Below are positions 26,169 to 39,516 of a stretch of DNA of 47,285 nucleotides, piece by piece. Position 1 is the first letter of the stretch, and every line of letters begins with the position of its first letter. The DNA comes from Octopus bimaculoides (lineage: Eukaryota): assembly GCF_001194135.2 (NCBI RefSeq), contig NC_068983.1, positions 1,673,050 through 1,720,334 on the forward strand, in the 5' to 3' direction. Below the pieces are notes generated by a model that was given only the letters and a program-made list of their open reading frames with translations, made no database searches and was not told where the DNA came from. The position numbers and the translations under genes were made by a program.

Positions 26169-27529
26169 GCATATATATATATATTATATTATATTATATA
26201 CATATGTATATGTATAATATATATATATGTGTGTGTGCACAAGAAAGAATGGAGAACAAATTTCAAAGGTCAAATCCTTTTAACAAATTAAATCAGTTCG
26301 CATCATAGGCATATCGATATGCAGTATCAATTCAAGTACAAATATATAAACCACGAAAGCGTATAATATATAAATGTACCTGCATTAAAATATTCGGTGT
26401 TAAGCATCCAGATTTTACGAATCGATGACGAAGTTAGAAGGTAGGAATCCGAAGAGTACGAGGAATTAGCATGAATATTTAGTAAGTACATATTCTAACG
26501 ATCGTTTCAGAAAATTGTGATTTGAAATAGGCGAGTTGTCCATCCATAACAATTGTCCATATTTTTCTCATCAGAGGTACATTAAAGATTTAAAAGACTT
26601 CAAAATGTTATATAATTTCTAAACAAAAATGCATTTGAAGAGAATAATTTTTTTAAAAATAAGATTTGTAAAAGATCCTAAAATGTTTTGTCAATTCGAG
26701 CATAGCTCTTCGTCGGAAAGAAAAGAGGGAAAAGTCGAGAGAAGGAAAAGAAATCGCCACCAGCACATGTCTAGCTACCTGCCTGAAGTGGTGGAGCTTC
26801 ATTTCGAATCTAGCAATTAATGAAAACAGTGACAACATTGAAACATAGAGGTATGACCGTACGGGCCATGTAGATATGGTGGAATATAAAAGCGCATGAC
26901 TTACATCAATATACACCTAATAATCCATTAACCTTGAACTTAGATCGTCAACGGCCGTTAAGAGATGTAGCGTCATTTGTAGGGAGCTTCTCCGACTACA
27001 AGGTCTTCTATATTCTATTTGATGATAACGGCAGAGAAGTTAATGGAATAAGAATGATATCAAAGAAAATATTTAGAAGAAATACACCGTTGTTCCTATG
27101 GACAGCAAACAAGCAGTAAGCTAAAAAAAGACTAAGTATTGTTTGTACCATACAATAATATAACCTCGTACACTTTAATATAAATAAATGAACAATGCAG
27201 AAATATCCCGTAGACAGATTATATGATCATTGCAATTAGAGTGTTTGCTATATAATACAGTATATGTATAAACTGAAGAATCTGAAATAAAGAAAAGAAC
27301 TAAAGCGTCACAGAATAAAGAAAGCAACAATGGCGTTGTCATAGTGCGCAGCGTGCAAACTAGCTGGGAAAATTCTATCAAAATCGATTCACAGAAAACC
27401 AAGAAATCCTAAATTTCAATAAGCTATTAGTGTGGTTCTGTTTATATATATATATATGGGGGGAGGTATCTATGTGTGTGTATGTATATATATATATGTA
27501 TGTATGTGTGCGTATATATATATATATAA

Positions 27530-27568
<39 letters not shown>

Positions 27569-27632
27569 NNNNNNNNNNNNNNNNNNNNNNNNNNNNNNNN
27601 NNNNNNNNNNNNNNNNNNNNNNNNNNNNNNNN

Positions 27633-29643
27633 NTAGACACCTCCTTCTACTGCCCTCTGCCCCCACGCCCAGCTACCAACAGACTGTGTCCTCCACTATC
27701 CATGACCTGATCTCCTCCTCCCGTCTCCCCCCAACGCCTCTAATATCATTGTCCGCACCCCTCCAACCCCCACCACTTACTTCCTTCCCCAAATCCACAA
27801 ACCTAACAACCCTGGCCGCCCCATCGTCTCCGTCTGCAACTGCTCCAGTGAACACAACTCCAGATATCTTGACCGTGTTCTTGTCCCCTTAGTGGCATCC
27901 CTCTCTCTCACATCCATGACACCAGCCACGCGCATTCCTCACTCCACCCTCCATCCACTACAAACACACACTCACACTCATACCTCAACTTCTTCTCCTC
28001 CCACCCTAAACACACCAAGCTTTCCATCCCCTATTCCCAATTCCTCCGTCTACATAGGCTCTGTAGTGACAACAATGACTTTGAGACTCAGTCTCAACTC
28101 ATTGCTCGCCACTTCATCATACGTGGATATCCCCTCACCACTATCCACACTTCCCTTGCCAGAGCACGTTCCGTGTATCGTGCATCTGCTCACTCCCCCG
28201 GCACCCGCCCCGTCGTCTCTCGTCTCCCGTTTCCCTTCACCTACCAGCCCACCTCCCTAACTCTCCTTCCAGCAACACCAGCCCGACCCCTCTACTTCGC
28301 ACATCTTCCCTAACCGACTCCTCCACTCCTTCAAACGAGCCCACAACTTACGAGACCTCTTGGTCCACAGCTTCTTCCGTAACCCAACTTCTCAACCCGG
28401 TTCGTTCCCCTGCTTCCGCCCACGCTGTCGCACTTGCCCTTACCTCTCCAACACCATTCTCTTCACCGGCACCCATCATCGACCCTATCACATGACCGAT
28501 TCCGTCACCTGCACTTCTAGCAAAGTAATCTACTTCATCTCCTGCTCTCTCTCTGCCCTTCTCTATACATCACGAAAGCGGGACACCACTTGGCTGACCG
28601 GTTCGCGGCATACCTCCGAGGCATCACATTCGGAAATGACAACGCGGTCTCGCACAATTTCCACTCTTCCGGTTACTCTTTGCAACACCTGTCTGTGTTC
28701 GGATTGTCACAGGGGCCATCCGGACTCCCGTTTGCGCCGTGAACAGGGATTAATCTTCTCTCTTCGCTACTAAGCGTCACATAGGCTAAACTCTCTTCCC
28801 GTCTTCATCTAACCTCCTCCCCTCTCCTCTCTCTCCTCCTCACACCTACTTCCTCCTACCCACTTCTCTCTTGCTCCGACTCCTATTTCTTCTCTTCACT
28901 CCTACTCACCTTCTGCATTCCCCNNNNNNNNNNNNNNNNNNNNNNNNNNNNNNNNNNNNNNNNNNNNNNNNNNNNNNNNNNNNNNNNNNNNNNNNNNNNN
29001 NNNNNNNNNNNNNNNNNNNNNNNNNNNNNNNNNNNNNNNNNNNNNNNNNNNNNNNNNNCTCATACTCACTCTCACATACACCACCTCTACTCCCACCCTC
29101 AGCCTACCCACATCCCCCACCTCAACCCTCATTTTCAGCCTAACCCACACCTTACACTTGCTTTTCGCACCCTCGCCTCCCCCATCTCCCAACACCACAC
29201 ACCACTACACTATACACCACCATACCACATCACATCACATCACACCACCACGCACACACTGGCACTGGCTACTCCCCAGCTCCGCATTCACACACCTACA
29301 CAAATACCCATGCACACGTCAAGATCACCAGCCATCTTCCACACGCACATACATACTCTCTTATACATACGCACGCGCACAATCGTTCTGGATCGCCACT
29401 ACTTTATTATCTCCCTTCTTCCTAGCCCTCCTGTGTGACCCCTCTGTCCGGCATTCGCCATGATAGATCACTAGCCACTACACTCTTTATTTTCTCTCCT
29501 TGTTTATTTCTGTGTTCCGTTCTGTGGAAGAGCTTAGGCTCGAAACGTTAACGTTTCACTTTGAACTTTTCACTTCCCGAGCGTTCAACTGATACATCTG
29601 TTTGTTGTCTACACCACCTGTCGTTGTCTTTTGTGAACTCTCC

Positions 29644-29645
<2 letters not shown>
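27633..29645 (+). mobile_element. Penelope-like element (Neptune-type), decayed: RT fragments, Cys-rich linker, GIY-YIG endonuclease and 3' terminus
   Basis: TYFLPKIHKPNNPGRPIVSVCNCSSEHNSRYLD; SSHPKHTKLSIPYSQFLRLHRLCSD; SFKRAHNLRDLLVHS..FPCFRPRCRTCPYL..TCTSSKVIYFISCSLSALLY; SHNFHSSGYSLQHLSVFGL..EQGLIFSLR; stop at 28810-28812. The RT catalytic core appears deleted near 27940. C/T-rich 3' UTR ends in a pLTR-type tail. Confidence 0.92.
29515..29557 (+). ncRNA. Hammerhead-like motif with non-canonical core
   Basis: CTGTGGA A GAGC TTAG GCTC GAAA CGTTA; this copy has a 16-bp palindrome GAAACGTTAACGTTTC at 29542-29557. Confidence 0.5.
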
Positions 29646-29721
<76 letters not shown>

Positions 29722-31722
29722 CCAGAACAACGCTAATAGCTTATTGAAATTGCATATGTATGATTATATACATATATATATGTACATATGTTGTATCTAT
29801 GTATGTATGTGTGTATCCGTGTGTACGTGCTTATTTATATTTATTTATACATACACACATGCAAATACGCCAGCACATGTATTTGTGTGTGCGTGTGTCT
29901 TTCAGTAATAATTAACCAATGAATAAATAATTTAATGATAAAAAGCTCAATGAAATGACTAGAAAAAAAATGTAGAATTGAGGTGCGCGAGCTGAATGCC
30001 GTGTGATACATCTTCCACCTCTCTCTAATTTGAGCTATAATCCTGCACAGTTGGACTGTGTTATTCATATTTCTTGGGATTTATACGAATGACTAATTCC
30101 GAACGATTGATTGACAGAACTGTTACGGCTCCCTTTATATGTTGGAGCTGCCTTCATGTATTCCAACTCCAAAACTTCTCAGAGCAATGGCTGTTGCTAC
30201 ATTAGTGACATAATTTTCTACTGTGAAACATCCTTAGCGAAGAGTCTAGGGGTTAGGGTACTTGCACAATTACTAGTCTTCCTACACACAAAAGTACACA
30301 AGATTTCATAACAGAGTGAACCACTCCAAAAGAAATTATTCTGACTGTCCATACTACAGGATAACGACCATTATGTTATTACATAACGCATTATGGTAGC
30401 AGCATACTATGTTGTTATGCGGCCCAGTGTATTAGAATGCGGTATACTGTGTCAGTTGGTGTCACATTGTGTCAGTCTGCGGGACATAGTTTCTATCTTT
30501 TTAAATCTAAGACTTTTAAATCGCGTCAACCAAAAGTTATTTAGCATAAACCGTATTCGTCCGTCAGTATGGCTAATCTGTTTTCTGTCATAATCCGAGT
30601 GGTTCACGTGCATTTGAAGTGTTTCCTAATTGTTTCCTTGCTGAGTGTTTTTATGCAGCAACCTTTGCCCGTTTTACTTCTTCCTGCCTATATGACACGG
30701 TATTTATAAGAAGCAGTGTGACGGGCAGGTACCCCATTCGACGTACAAGACGAAGCCAACACAGACAATACGATGTAGAACAGTAGCTGTGATTTCTTCA
30801 ATTGTAATATCATCAGTTCAATTTCAGCATCTTTTGTCGTCATGGTTGTTGGACTATCTTTAGCTTTTTGGATACTTTTAGTGACCTGTCACATATTGCA
30901 AACATTAATATGATTTTGTAAGTGATAAAATTGTTATAACCGGATTGAAGATAATTTAACAAATAACTGTTGGTAACTTTCTTACATCATTTTTCCTGCA
31001 GTATGTTGCTATGTTGATTATTTTCTATATTGTTATTGATAATAATTCCATAGCTGATTTTGGAATTCTAAATAATATATATGTTTGATGAACAATATTT
31101 TCTAGTTTTGTTTCGTGTTTAATATTGCAAAGTGCTGTAATGGTTCCTTAATGTGAAATGCTGGCATCAGCGGAAGACAGAAAGAGAGAGTCGTAAGGAA
31201 GTATTCAGATTATATATAGATTCAGAAAGGAAAGCAATAACGATGAAAACGCAGCCGAAATGTCTTGCGAAATACTTATTTCGCTTCTTTATATAAAAAC
31301 GCATTTCGCTAAGGTGATGTTAAATACTATTTTTAAATGGGTTTTGGAGACTCCACTACACTTTTACTGTATTTTACAAACCGAAATCTAAAATATGCAG
31401 CGACGTTTCGGCGGAATTTGCGCCTTTCTTTTTTTCTAATCTACTTTGTTGATCTGTATATAATCAATATATCTCTCCTATGATTATCTTTGCCTATTTT
31501 CTACTGATGACATCACACATATTTTAAAATTCTGACTGTCTGAAACACGAATTGATGTCCAGAGAATATTGAAATATCCGCGCATTTATTTCAATTAATT
31601 TGACATGGATAGCAAAAGAATATCTTTCTTTAATTTGAAATAGTTGTCGGCTTGGTTAGCCAGCATTAATATTGATTTTATACACACACGCACGCACACG
31701 CACACGCACGCACACACACACG

Positions 31723-31779
<57 letters not shown>

Positions 31780-31950
31780 NNNNNNNNNNNNNNNNNNNNN
31801 NNNNNNNNNNNNNNNNNNNNNNNNNNNNNNNNNNNNNNNNNNNNNNNNNNNNNNNNNNNNNNNNNNNNNNNNNNNNNNNNNNNNNNNNNNNNNNNNNNNN
31901 NNNNNNNNNNNNNNNNNNNNNNNNNNNNNNNNNNNNNNNNNNNNNNNNNN

Positions 31951-32140
31951 GGCCGAGTCACAGCTCTCCATCTCGTCCTGGTTTCCACCCTAATTCCCCT
32001 CTTGGTCCAAAGCCAAAAACAGGCTCTTTCAGCTGTCTCTCCCATCAAACGCACTCACCTCCTGTCTGCCTTTATTCTATCTATTTATCTCTCTCATTCA
32101 TTCCCTGTCTACCCCGCTCTCTCTCCTCACTCTCTCTCCC

Positions 32141-32222
<82 letters not shown>

Positions 32223-32415
32223 CGTGTCCGTGTCCGGCCATAGCCATGATCGATCGCTAGCCCCTAAAGCTTCTTTTTTATTCTCCCTGTTTATTTTCTC
32301 GTGTTCTTTTCTGCTGAAGACCGTCGGCCCGGAAAGTAAAAGACTTCCCCCAACTTCCCGAGCGTTAAACTAACACAACTGTCTTCGTTTTTTGTTTTTA
32401 TGTAAATTCCAACAA
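31951..32415 (+). mobile_element. PLE 3' UTR/terminus, diverged
   Basis: tgtccggccatagccatgatcgatcgctagcc matches 29443-29476; core-like CTGCTGA at 32311; aaagactt...cccgagcgttaaactaa tail. Confidence 0.75.
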
Positions 32416-33409
32416 TATATAAACAAGGATTGGACAAAATAATGCAAAGAGTTTAAAATTTCGAAAGAATTTATTTTAACATGGGGTAGGACCGCCTTTG
32501 GCAGTATTTACAACTTGTATTCTACAAGGTATGGACTCGTACAAAGTTTGAATTGTTTCCAAAGGATTTTTTGTCCATTCTTCTTTTGTCCATTCTTCAG
32601 CATAAAAATTCTTCAGCTATAAGGACCAATTTCTAACAAGGGACAACAGACCAAAAAGGACCGGATAAGTTATTTTTCTAAGTTGCCGTTATTCATAGCT
32701 AAAACCATGATTAAAATAATATGTCAGACACAATATATTAAATGCAAATCGCTATGCAGCAGTGTTGAGTTGTTCAATTAATCAACTAATCAGTCATTCA
32801 GTCCATTAATACAGTTATCCGTCTATTTATTTAGCTATTTAAGTCTAGTGTTTTACTTGAGTGGGGAGGAGGGTAGCTCTAAGTAGAACGTTTATGTTGA
32901 TATGTAAATATGCACAGGTTTTTTTATCGGTAAGATTTTGATTAATTGCAGGGGAGTAACTCTGGGATTTATAGCTAGAAATTGAATAATAAAATACTTA
33001 AACAATCAGATAGTTAAGCAATCAACTAATTAGCCAATCAAGTAATTAATTAATTAACTAATTGGTTCTGCATTGGGGTTGCATATCAATGCTTTCATTC
33101 ATATACATATGCACACACACATACACACATATGTATATATATATATATATATATATACGTATATATATATATGTATATATATGAATTCATAATCCAGGAC
33201 AGTACTAAATAATGTTATTACTCTGTATATTTGTGGGGTGTAAGTTAATTGTTTAATTTTATTATAAAAAATGAGCTAATCAATATGTATTAGTTAAAGG
33301 TACGTTAATAGATGGGTTGCTAAAGCTATTGCCTAAGCCATGTTTCTGTATATTATTATTATCATCATCATGAGTATGAGAAAGCATTACATTTGTATAA
33401 CATAATGGC

Positions 33410-33780
33410 GGGGTGTTAGAGCAAAAAAGAATATTTGGGTCAGAATCGACAACAATGTCTATCAGTAAGCAAGCGTTTAGTTTTTGTTCCAATCCTTGAT
33501 TATTATGTCTGGGTAATTAACTTTTATTCTCTTTCAGTTTGACCTGGCACATCCTAAATGATTGTGGCCTGGTCGTTGCCATGCAGTTTGTTTGGCCCAT
33601 GTTTATGCCATTTCTTGTCAGTTCTGGTGTTGCAGTGTTGGTATATATTTATCCACATGTGATTTTGTTTTTATTTTTTTATAATTTATATGAAAGGAAA
33701 AAGATAGGTTTACTCAAACAAGTTGGTGAGTGCTGCAGATGATACTGTTATTTCTTACAAGAATTATTTTTGATATTTAT
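33410..33780 (-). mobile_element. R4/Dong-clade LINE RLE fragment, highly decayed
   Basis: TDKKWHKHGPNKLHGNDQATII*DVPGQTERE..KVNYPDIIIKD..CLLIDIVVDSDPNI. Confidence 0.65.
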
Positions 33781-34059
33781 TTGGAAAATATATCCTGAAG
33801 ATTACGAGAAGGGAAAGGGCGACTCAGGTGACAAGGCATACTGTTTAGTTGTGGGGGTAATTTGTGAGGTTTAAAAAAGTTGCACATACTATTTATAATC
33901 AAAACTGGTGTCGTTAATTTTTGTATTGCACCCTTGCCTTGAGTACGATGTAGAATTTCTCTCAGAGAAGGGGGAATAGCATGTTTTCCATTCAATACGT
34001 TAAATCATAAATGATATAGGCGGTTTTTGTAAAGAAGTAAACAGATTAATGGTAAATAT

Positions 34060-34247
34060 GGCGCAGAAGTGCCTGTGTGGTAAGTAACTTGCTTACCAAC
34101 CACATGGTTCCGGGTTCAGTCCCACTGCGTGGCACCTTGGGCAAGTGTCTTCTGCTATAACCCTGGGCCGACCAAAGCCTTGTAAGAGGATTTGTAGATG
34201 CAATGGACATACTACGCTTTTTATCTGGTGACTGAAACAAGTGAAGG
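34060..34247 (+). mobile_element. SINE family A with internal deletion/patch
   Basis: Near-intact head and body at 34060-34199, a 29-bp foreign patch, then tail piece gactgaaacaagtgaagg. Confidence 0.9.
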
Positions 34248-34323
34248 ATTATATATATATATATATATATGTATCTCGTAAAATATAATTCTCAACGAAG
34301 TGTGGCGTCCTATACTGGACATT

Positions 34324-34729
34324 GCTACTGATGTTAATATTCCCAGGAAGACATCTCTTCCAGATGACTGACTAGACACATTCTGCATCCGATTAATATT
34401 TGCGAGGGGAGGTCATCGCTCCCATCCCTAGCCTTACGTCATACATACGGACTCGAGTTTCTGGATGATAGCCATGCTCAGCGTGTGTTAATCACCAGCT
34501 AGTGATAAAAGCTCATTCCACCCGCAAAATATTATATACGTTTTCATCTCTAGCTGGTGATTAACAAACGCTGAGGACGAGTAATCGCCCAGAAGCTCGA
34601 GTCTGTGTGTATCACATAAGGCTAGGGATGAGAGAGATAACCTCTCCTCGCAAATACTAATCGGACACAGAATGTGTTTCGTTAGCCAGCTGGAAGAGAT
34701 ATCTTCCTGGGGATATAAACGTCAGTAGC
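34324..34729. repeat. Long fold-back palindrome (about 187-bp arms, 30-bp spacer), MITE-like
   Basis: 34324-34510 is the reverse complement of 34541-34729, roughly 80% identical by eye (gctactga.gtt.atat.cccaggaaga.atctcttccag...aatcaccagctag). Confidence 0.92.
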
Positions 34730-34803
34730 ACACTTGGTTGGCAATTATTTGTTACGATTCCTCATTGCTACTGTTTATATATCTCACTCAGAGATTTAAT
34801 ACA

Positions 34804-34842
<39 letters not shown>

Positions 34843-35798
34843 TCTCGGTCAAAATATTCTTTTCCATGTATATTCCCAACTATCAAAGTATCTAGTTGAA
34901 GGCCATAGATTCACATTGATTTATTCTCATGTGATATACGATAAATATCTAATGGTTAAATGATATGCTATTCTGCTGGTTTTCATTTGGCTTTGTTTGG
35001 TTGTTTTCAGTTTTTAAGTATGTTAGTATTTTCTATGGGTGTCTTAGTCACGTCTTTATTGTTTTATATTATATTACTTGTATGTTCTCAAGTGAAATGT
35101 TCGTTTTGGTATAATTCTGTAAGGCTTGTATTCATTAAAATTTGATTTTCATTTTGTTATTCCGGTGTCGCGTTGTCTTAAGACTATTGAAGCCGTATAA
35201 ACATCGTGATTTTGTATCCTGATAGCTTATGTTACGTTCGTTTAATTACATTTTCGTCATTAAAATATATGATATAGAGTGTGTAACTGTAGTGTCGGTT
35301 GATACATCTTCTTTAATTAACCTACATATTTCGAAGTTCTGGATTGGTTATTATATAGCTTATTAATATTTTCCTTACTTCGTACCAATTTCTATGGAAT
35401 GATTTATATTGGAGATGGGATAATTAGTAGGTGTACATACAATGGACATACTACGCTAATATTTCCCGACTGTTTTATCCCTGAATAACCAGAAAGCCTT
35501 CATGTTTCTAACACTGTTTTCACTGCCGATTTCAATGGTGCTGACTGGGTATATAAAGCCTACTGCCATCCCTTAGTCAGGTAATGACAGACGTATGTTT
35601 TTGATGTGCCTGCTCCCTGTGATTCGTTTATACATTTTATATATACTGTGTCCTCATTTTTCTGAGTTCATCTTCCTTTCACAGAGAATTGAAATTATTA
35701 TGGGATATGGATCTCGGATTGTGGATTTTTGCAAATACCCGCACACAAATATACGCACACTCACACGCGTGCAGCCCACGCACAGACGCACGCACACA

Positions 35799-35835
<37 letters not shown>

Positions 35836-36308
35836 GCACGCACGCACGCACATACACACACACACACACACGCACGCACGCACATACACACACAAACACA
35901 CGTATGTATATGTGCGCTCTCCAACAGAAAGGNNNNNNNNNNNNNNNNNNNNNNNNNNNNNNNNNNNNNNNNNNNNNNNNNNNNNNNNNNNNNNNNNNNN
36001 NNNNNNNNNNNNNNNNNNNNNNNNNNNNNNNNNNNNNNNNNNNNNNNNNNNNNNNNNNNNNNNNNNNNNNNNNNNNNNNNNNNNNNNNNNNNNNNNNNNN
36101 NNNNNNNNNNNNNNNNNNNNNNNNNNNNNNNNNNNNNNNNNNNNNNNNNNNNNNNNNNNNNNNNNNNNNNNNNNNNNNNNNNNNNNNNNNNNNNNNNNNN
36201 NNNNNNNNNNNNNNNNNNNNNNNNNNNNNNNNNNNNNNNNNNNNNNNNNNNNNNNNNNNNNNNNNNNNNNNNNNNNNNNNNNNNNNNNNNNNNNNNNNNN
36301 NNNNNNNN

Positions 36309-36372
<64 letters not shown>

Positions 36373-37029
36373 AACGAAAGAAAGAATCAGTGCATAGGCT
36401 GATAGGCTGAGTATACCTTCCCTTAAAATCATTGGGTGTCTTCCTCATGAACATGCCTACATTAATGCCTCTTTTGTCCAAAAACACCAACTGAAATTCC
36501 CCCTACCCAAGAATCCAAGTTTCTGTAGAATTTACACAAGACAAAACATTAATTGAAAAGTTAAGATTAACATATGTGAAAACGATTACATCAATGTAAA
36601 TAATTATCTTGCTATATAACTTGATTTGGTTTTATAAATGAACTATCTGACATGTTTATTTGAATGGTCTATCAATTAATTATTTCAATTAATTTAATTG
36701 ACATCTACAACCTGCATATTAATAATGGATACGAAGAACATGCGGCTGATTGGCTACGATAGCAACGCAAAACAACTTCCCAGGTACATTAACTACAGGA
36801 CAGAGAAGTCAGTTAACAACATGTGTTCACCAAAGATTTTCTGAAGAAGAGGTTCTAAACCTGAAATATAGAAATACCCCGAGATACTATCAGCGTGTAT
36901 TACTTTTATTACTTGCTTTGTTTTGGGTACAGGGCAAATACCTCGAAACAACTTTTCTTGCAAAACCACCATAATGAACAGGCCAAATATCTTGAATTAA
37001 CTAATGACTGTATACTTTATGCTTAAAAC

Positions 37030-37510
37030 TTGTTAAAAATCACGAAAGGCGTAAGAGGCGTCTTTCGACCTTGAAGAGAGCAACATGTTTACTATCATGA
37101 AGGGTACCCAAACTGAACAGCCTGAGGGAAGTGTGACACCCGCCGTTGCAAAGGAAGTAACATTGAAGGCAAGGAAAAAAGCTCAGGAAAACATTGTTTT
37201 GTATGTGAGAGCAGAGACCTCTGCATGGTGAAATATATGTGGCAAGTAGTACACAAGCTAATGTTGACCAGAAGCCCACCTATAAGTGGCAAAAGTATTT
37301 TGCAAGATCAGGCCATTGAAGTTAAAACAGTGTGGCATCGAAAGGTGATCAAGATACTAGTGATTGTAGGAACACTAGGGATTATCAAAAAGGGAATTGG
37401 CAGTCATTTCAGAAATGATTTCTGGATTACCATTCCTGCAAGAAGTGCAACAAATTGTTTCATTTCCTACGTCACACGTAATGAGAAAGGTATTGTGGAT
37501 GTGAAAACGA
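37030..37510 (+). mobile_element. R4/Dong-clade LINE 3' fragment with internal deletion
   Basis: QRPLHGEI (cf. EKPLHG), then LQDQAIEVKTVWHRKVIKILVIVGTLGIIKKG. Confidence 0.7.
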
Positions 37511-37689
37511 TAACCATTCATATAAATAATTTTCTTTCTACATAACTTCATTCAATTTTGTACCTGAATTATCTGGTATGTTTATTTTAACAATATGTAC
37601 AGTAAGATTTTTTTTTACCGTATGTGTCAGTAAGAAATGGAAACAAAATTGAAGTAGAAAAACTAATAATAATAATAATAATAGGTAAA

Positions 37690-37790
37690 TAAAGAAGGTG
37701 AAGATAGCACCAATTATTGTTGGATCCTTGGGAACAGTGTCAGAAGGCATCAAGAGGAATTGAAAGGAATTTGGAATAGAACGATAGAAT
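37690..37790 (+). mobile_element. Short R4/Dong C-terminal fragment after (AAT)n
   Basis: KVKIAPIIVGSLGTVSEGIKRN immediately follows (AAT)n at 37665-37683. Confidence 0.55.
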
Positions 37791-37842
37791 AAGAATTAGG
37801 CTTACCAAGAATAGGTCTTGGAATCGATTCTTCAACTGTAAC

Positions 37843-37900
37843 CCTTTAAGGCGGTGCTCCAGCATGGCCGCAGTCAAATGGCTGAAACAAGTAAAAGAAG
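37843..37900 (+). mobile_element. SINE 3' tail
   Basis: Near-identical to 25975-26020. Confidence 0.85.
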
Positions 37901-37925
37901 AGTTTAAAATAATATATGTCCTCGT

Positions 37926-37959
<34 letters not shown>

Positions 37960-38203
37960 ATATAGAATACTAACAATTACGTATGCAACTTGAAAGTTCT
38001 TACCAAACAATATTGAATATAGAAGCTATACACAATGGTTTGTAAAACCTAGAGAAAACGTCTTTAAAAAAGTAGACATTTTAGAGAAAATTATTTAAAT
38101 GAGTCATTAGGAAAGATGTTTGGAATCTATAACAACGGCGGAACATCTCTGATGCTTATCTTGGTGTATATCAATCCAACAACATAATCAAACGTATGTG
38201 TGC

Positions 38204-38262
<59 letters not shown>

Positions 38263-38962
38263 CTTTGTGTTTGTGTGTGCGTGTGTATGTTTGTATGTAT
38301 GTGTGTGTGTATGTATATGTATATGCTTATACGTATACATACTCACATAACATGTGAATACATTCATATAAACAGATATATACATATATACAGGTAAGTG
38401 TCTATGTACATCAGTGCTTGTATGTTGCAAACGCTTGAGTGTAATAGTGTGTATATGTGGTAACAATATGAAAGCACTTTGACAATTTCAAAACTTACAA
38501 CCGAAAGGCAAGTCTAAGAAATCTAAATGTTTCCTTTGATGATGTATCGCTTCTATAATATAATGTTTAAATCAGCCAAATTTCCTATATGTGTCTCGAT
38601 CAAAGCCGCTTCATGCAAAATTGCAAAACTTCTCTAGAAGCTTTACTGAAAGTCGCAAAAATATTTAAAAAAAAAAAACATGCTGTTATCTTTTAAAATA
38701 TATTTAATCGAAAAGAAAAAAGTAGAAGAAATGCATTTATATTAACGGCACATTAAACATAGCTTTGCGAGAATGTTTGAATATACTAAAATGTTAATTT
38801 ACATACTGCACTCTGGTAAAATACTTAGATTTTTTAACTGATATATAACTGAATGTACAAAATGTCGGAAAGTATCTTATAACCGCCATGTTTTGCATTC
38901 AAATCTCGAGCGTGCTAAACTTCAAAGGACAGAACATAGTTCCTAGACAGGAATGATAAACG

Positions 38963-39516
38963 CAGTACTTATCTTATCGAACCCGAACAGATGAAAGGCA
39001 AAGTCAAACTCGGCGGAATTTGGTCTCAGAACGCAAAAGCAAGCGAAATGCCGCTAAGCATTTTGCCCGTCACGATAACGATTGAGCCAGCTCGCAAACT
39101 GGATCCAGTGTTATATTCTTTTCTACTCTAGGCACAAGGGCCTAAATTTTTTAGGAGGGGGCCAGTCGATTAGATTGACCCCAGTACGCAACTGGTACTC
39201 AATTTATCGACCCTGAAAGGGTGAAAGGCAAATTCGACCTCAGCCGAATTCGAACTCAGAACGTAACGGCAGACGAAATACCGTTAAGCATTTGGCCTGG
39301 CGTGCAAACGTTTCTGCCAGCTCACCGACTTATAAAATATACTTTTCTACTCTAGGCACAAGGTCCGAAATTTCTGAGGAGGGGGCCAGTCGATTATATC
39401 GACCCGAGTACGCAACTGGTACTTATTTTATCAACCCCGAAATGATGAAAGGCAAAGTTTGAGTTCAAATGCCGCTAAGCATTTGTTCCGTTACAATAAC
39501 GATTCAGCCAGATCGC
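38963..39516 (-). mobile_element. Three head-to-tail SINE family B copies
   Basis: Copies at 38963-39095, 39119-39327 and 39342-39516, each the reverse complement of the 46978-47213 type. Confidence 0.88.

Noticed and set aside
29841-30790. TATA-like motifs and ORF MNNTVQLCRIIAQ as a gene start
   Set aside because: TATA-like strings are expected by chance in AT-rich DNA; the ORF runs into a microsatellite with no donor.
31397-31430. Minus-strand GGC..GCC-GAAACGTC hammerhead half
   Set aside because: The CUGANGA half is replaced by an A-rich run; too little remains.
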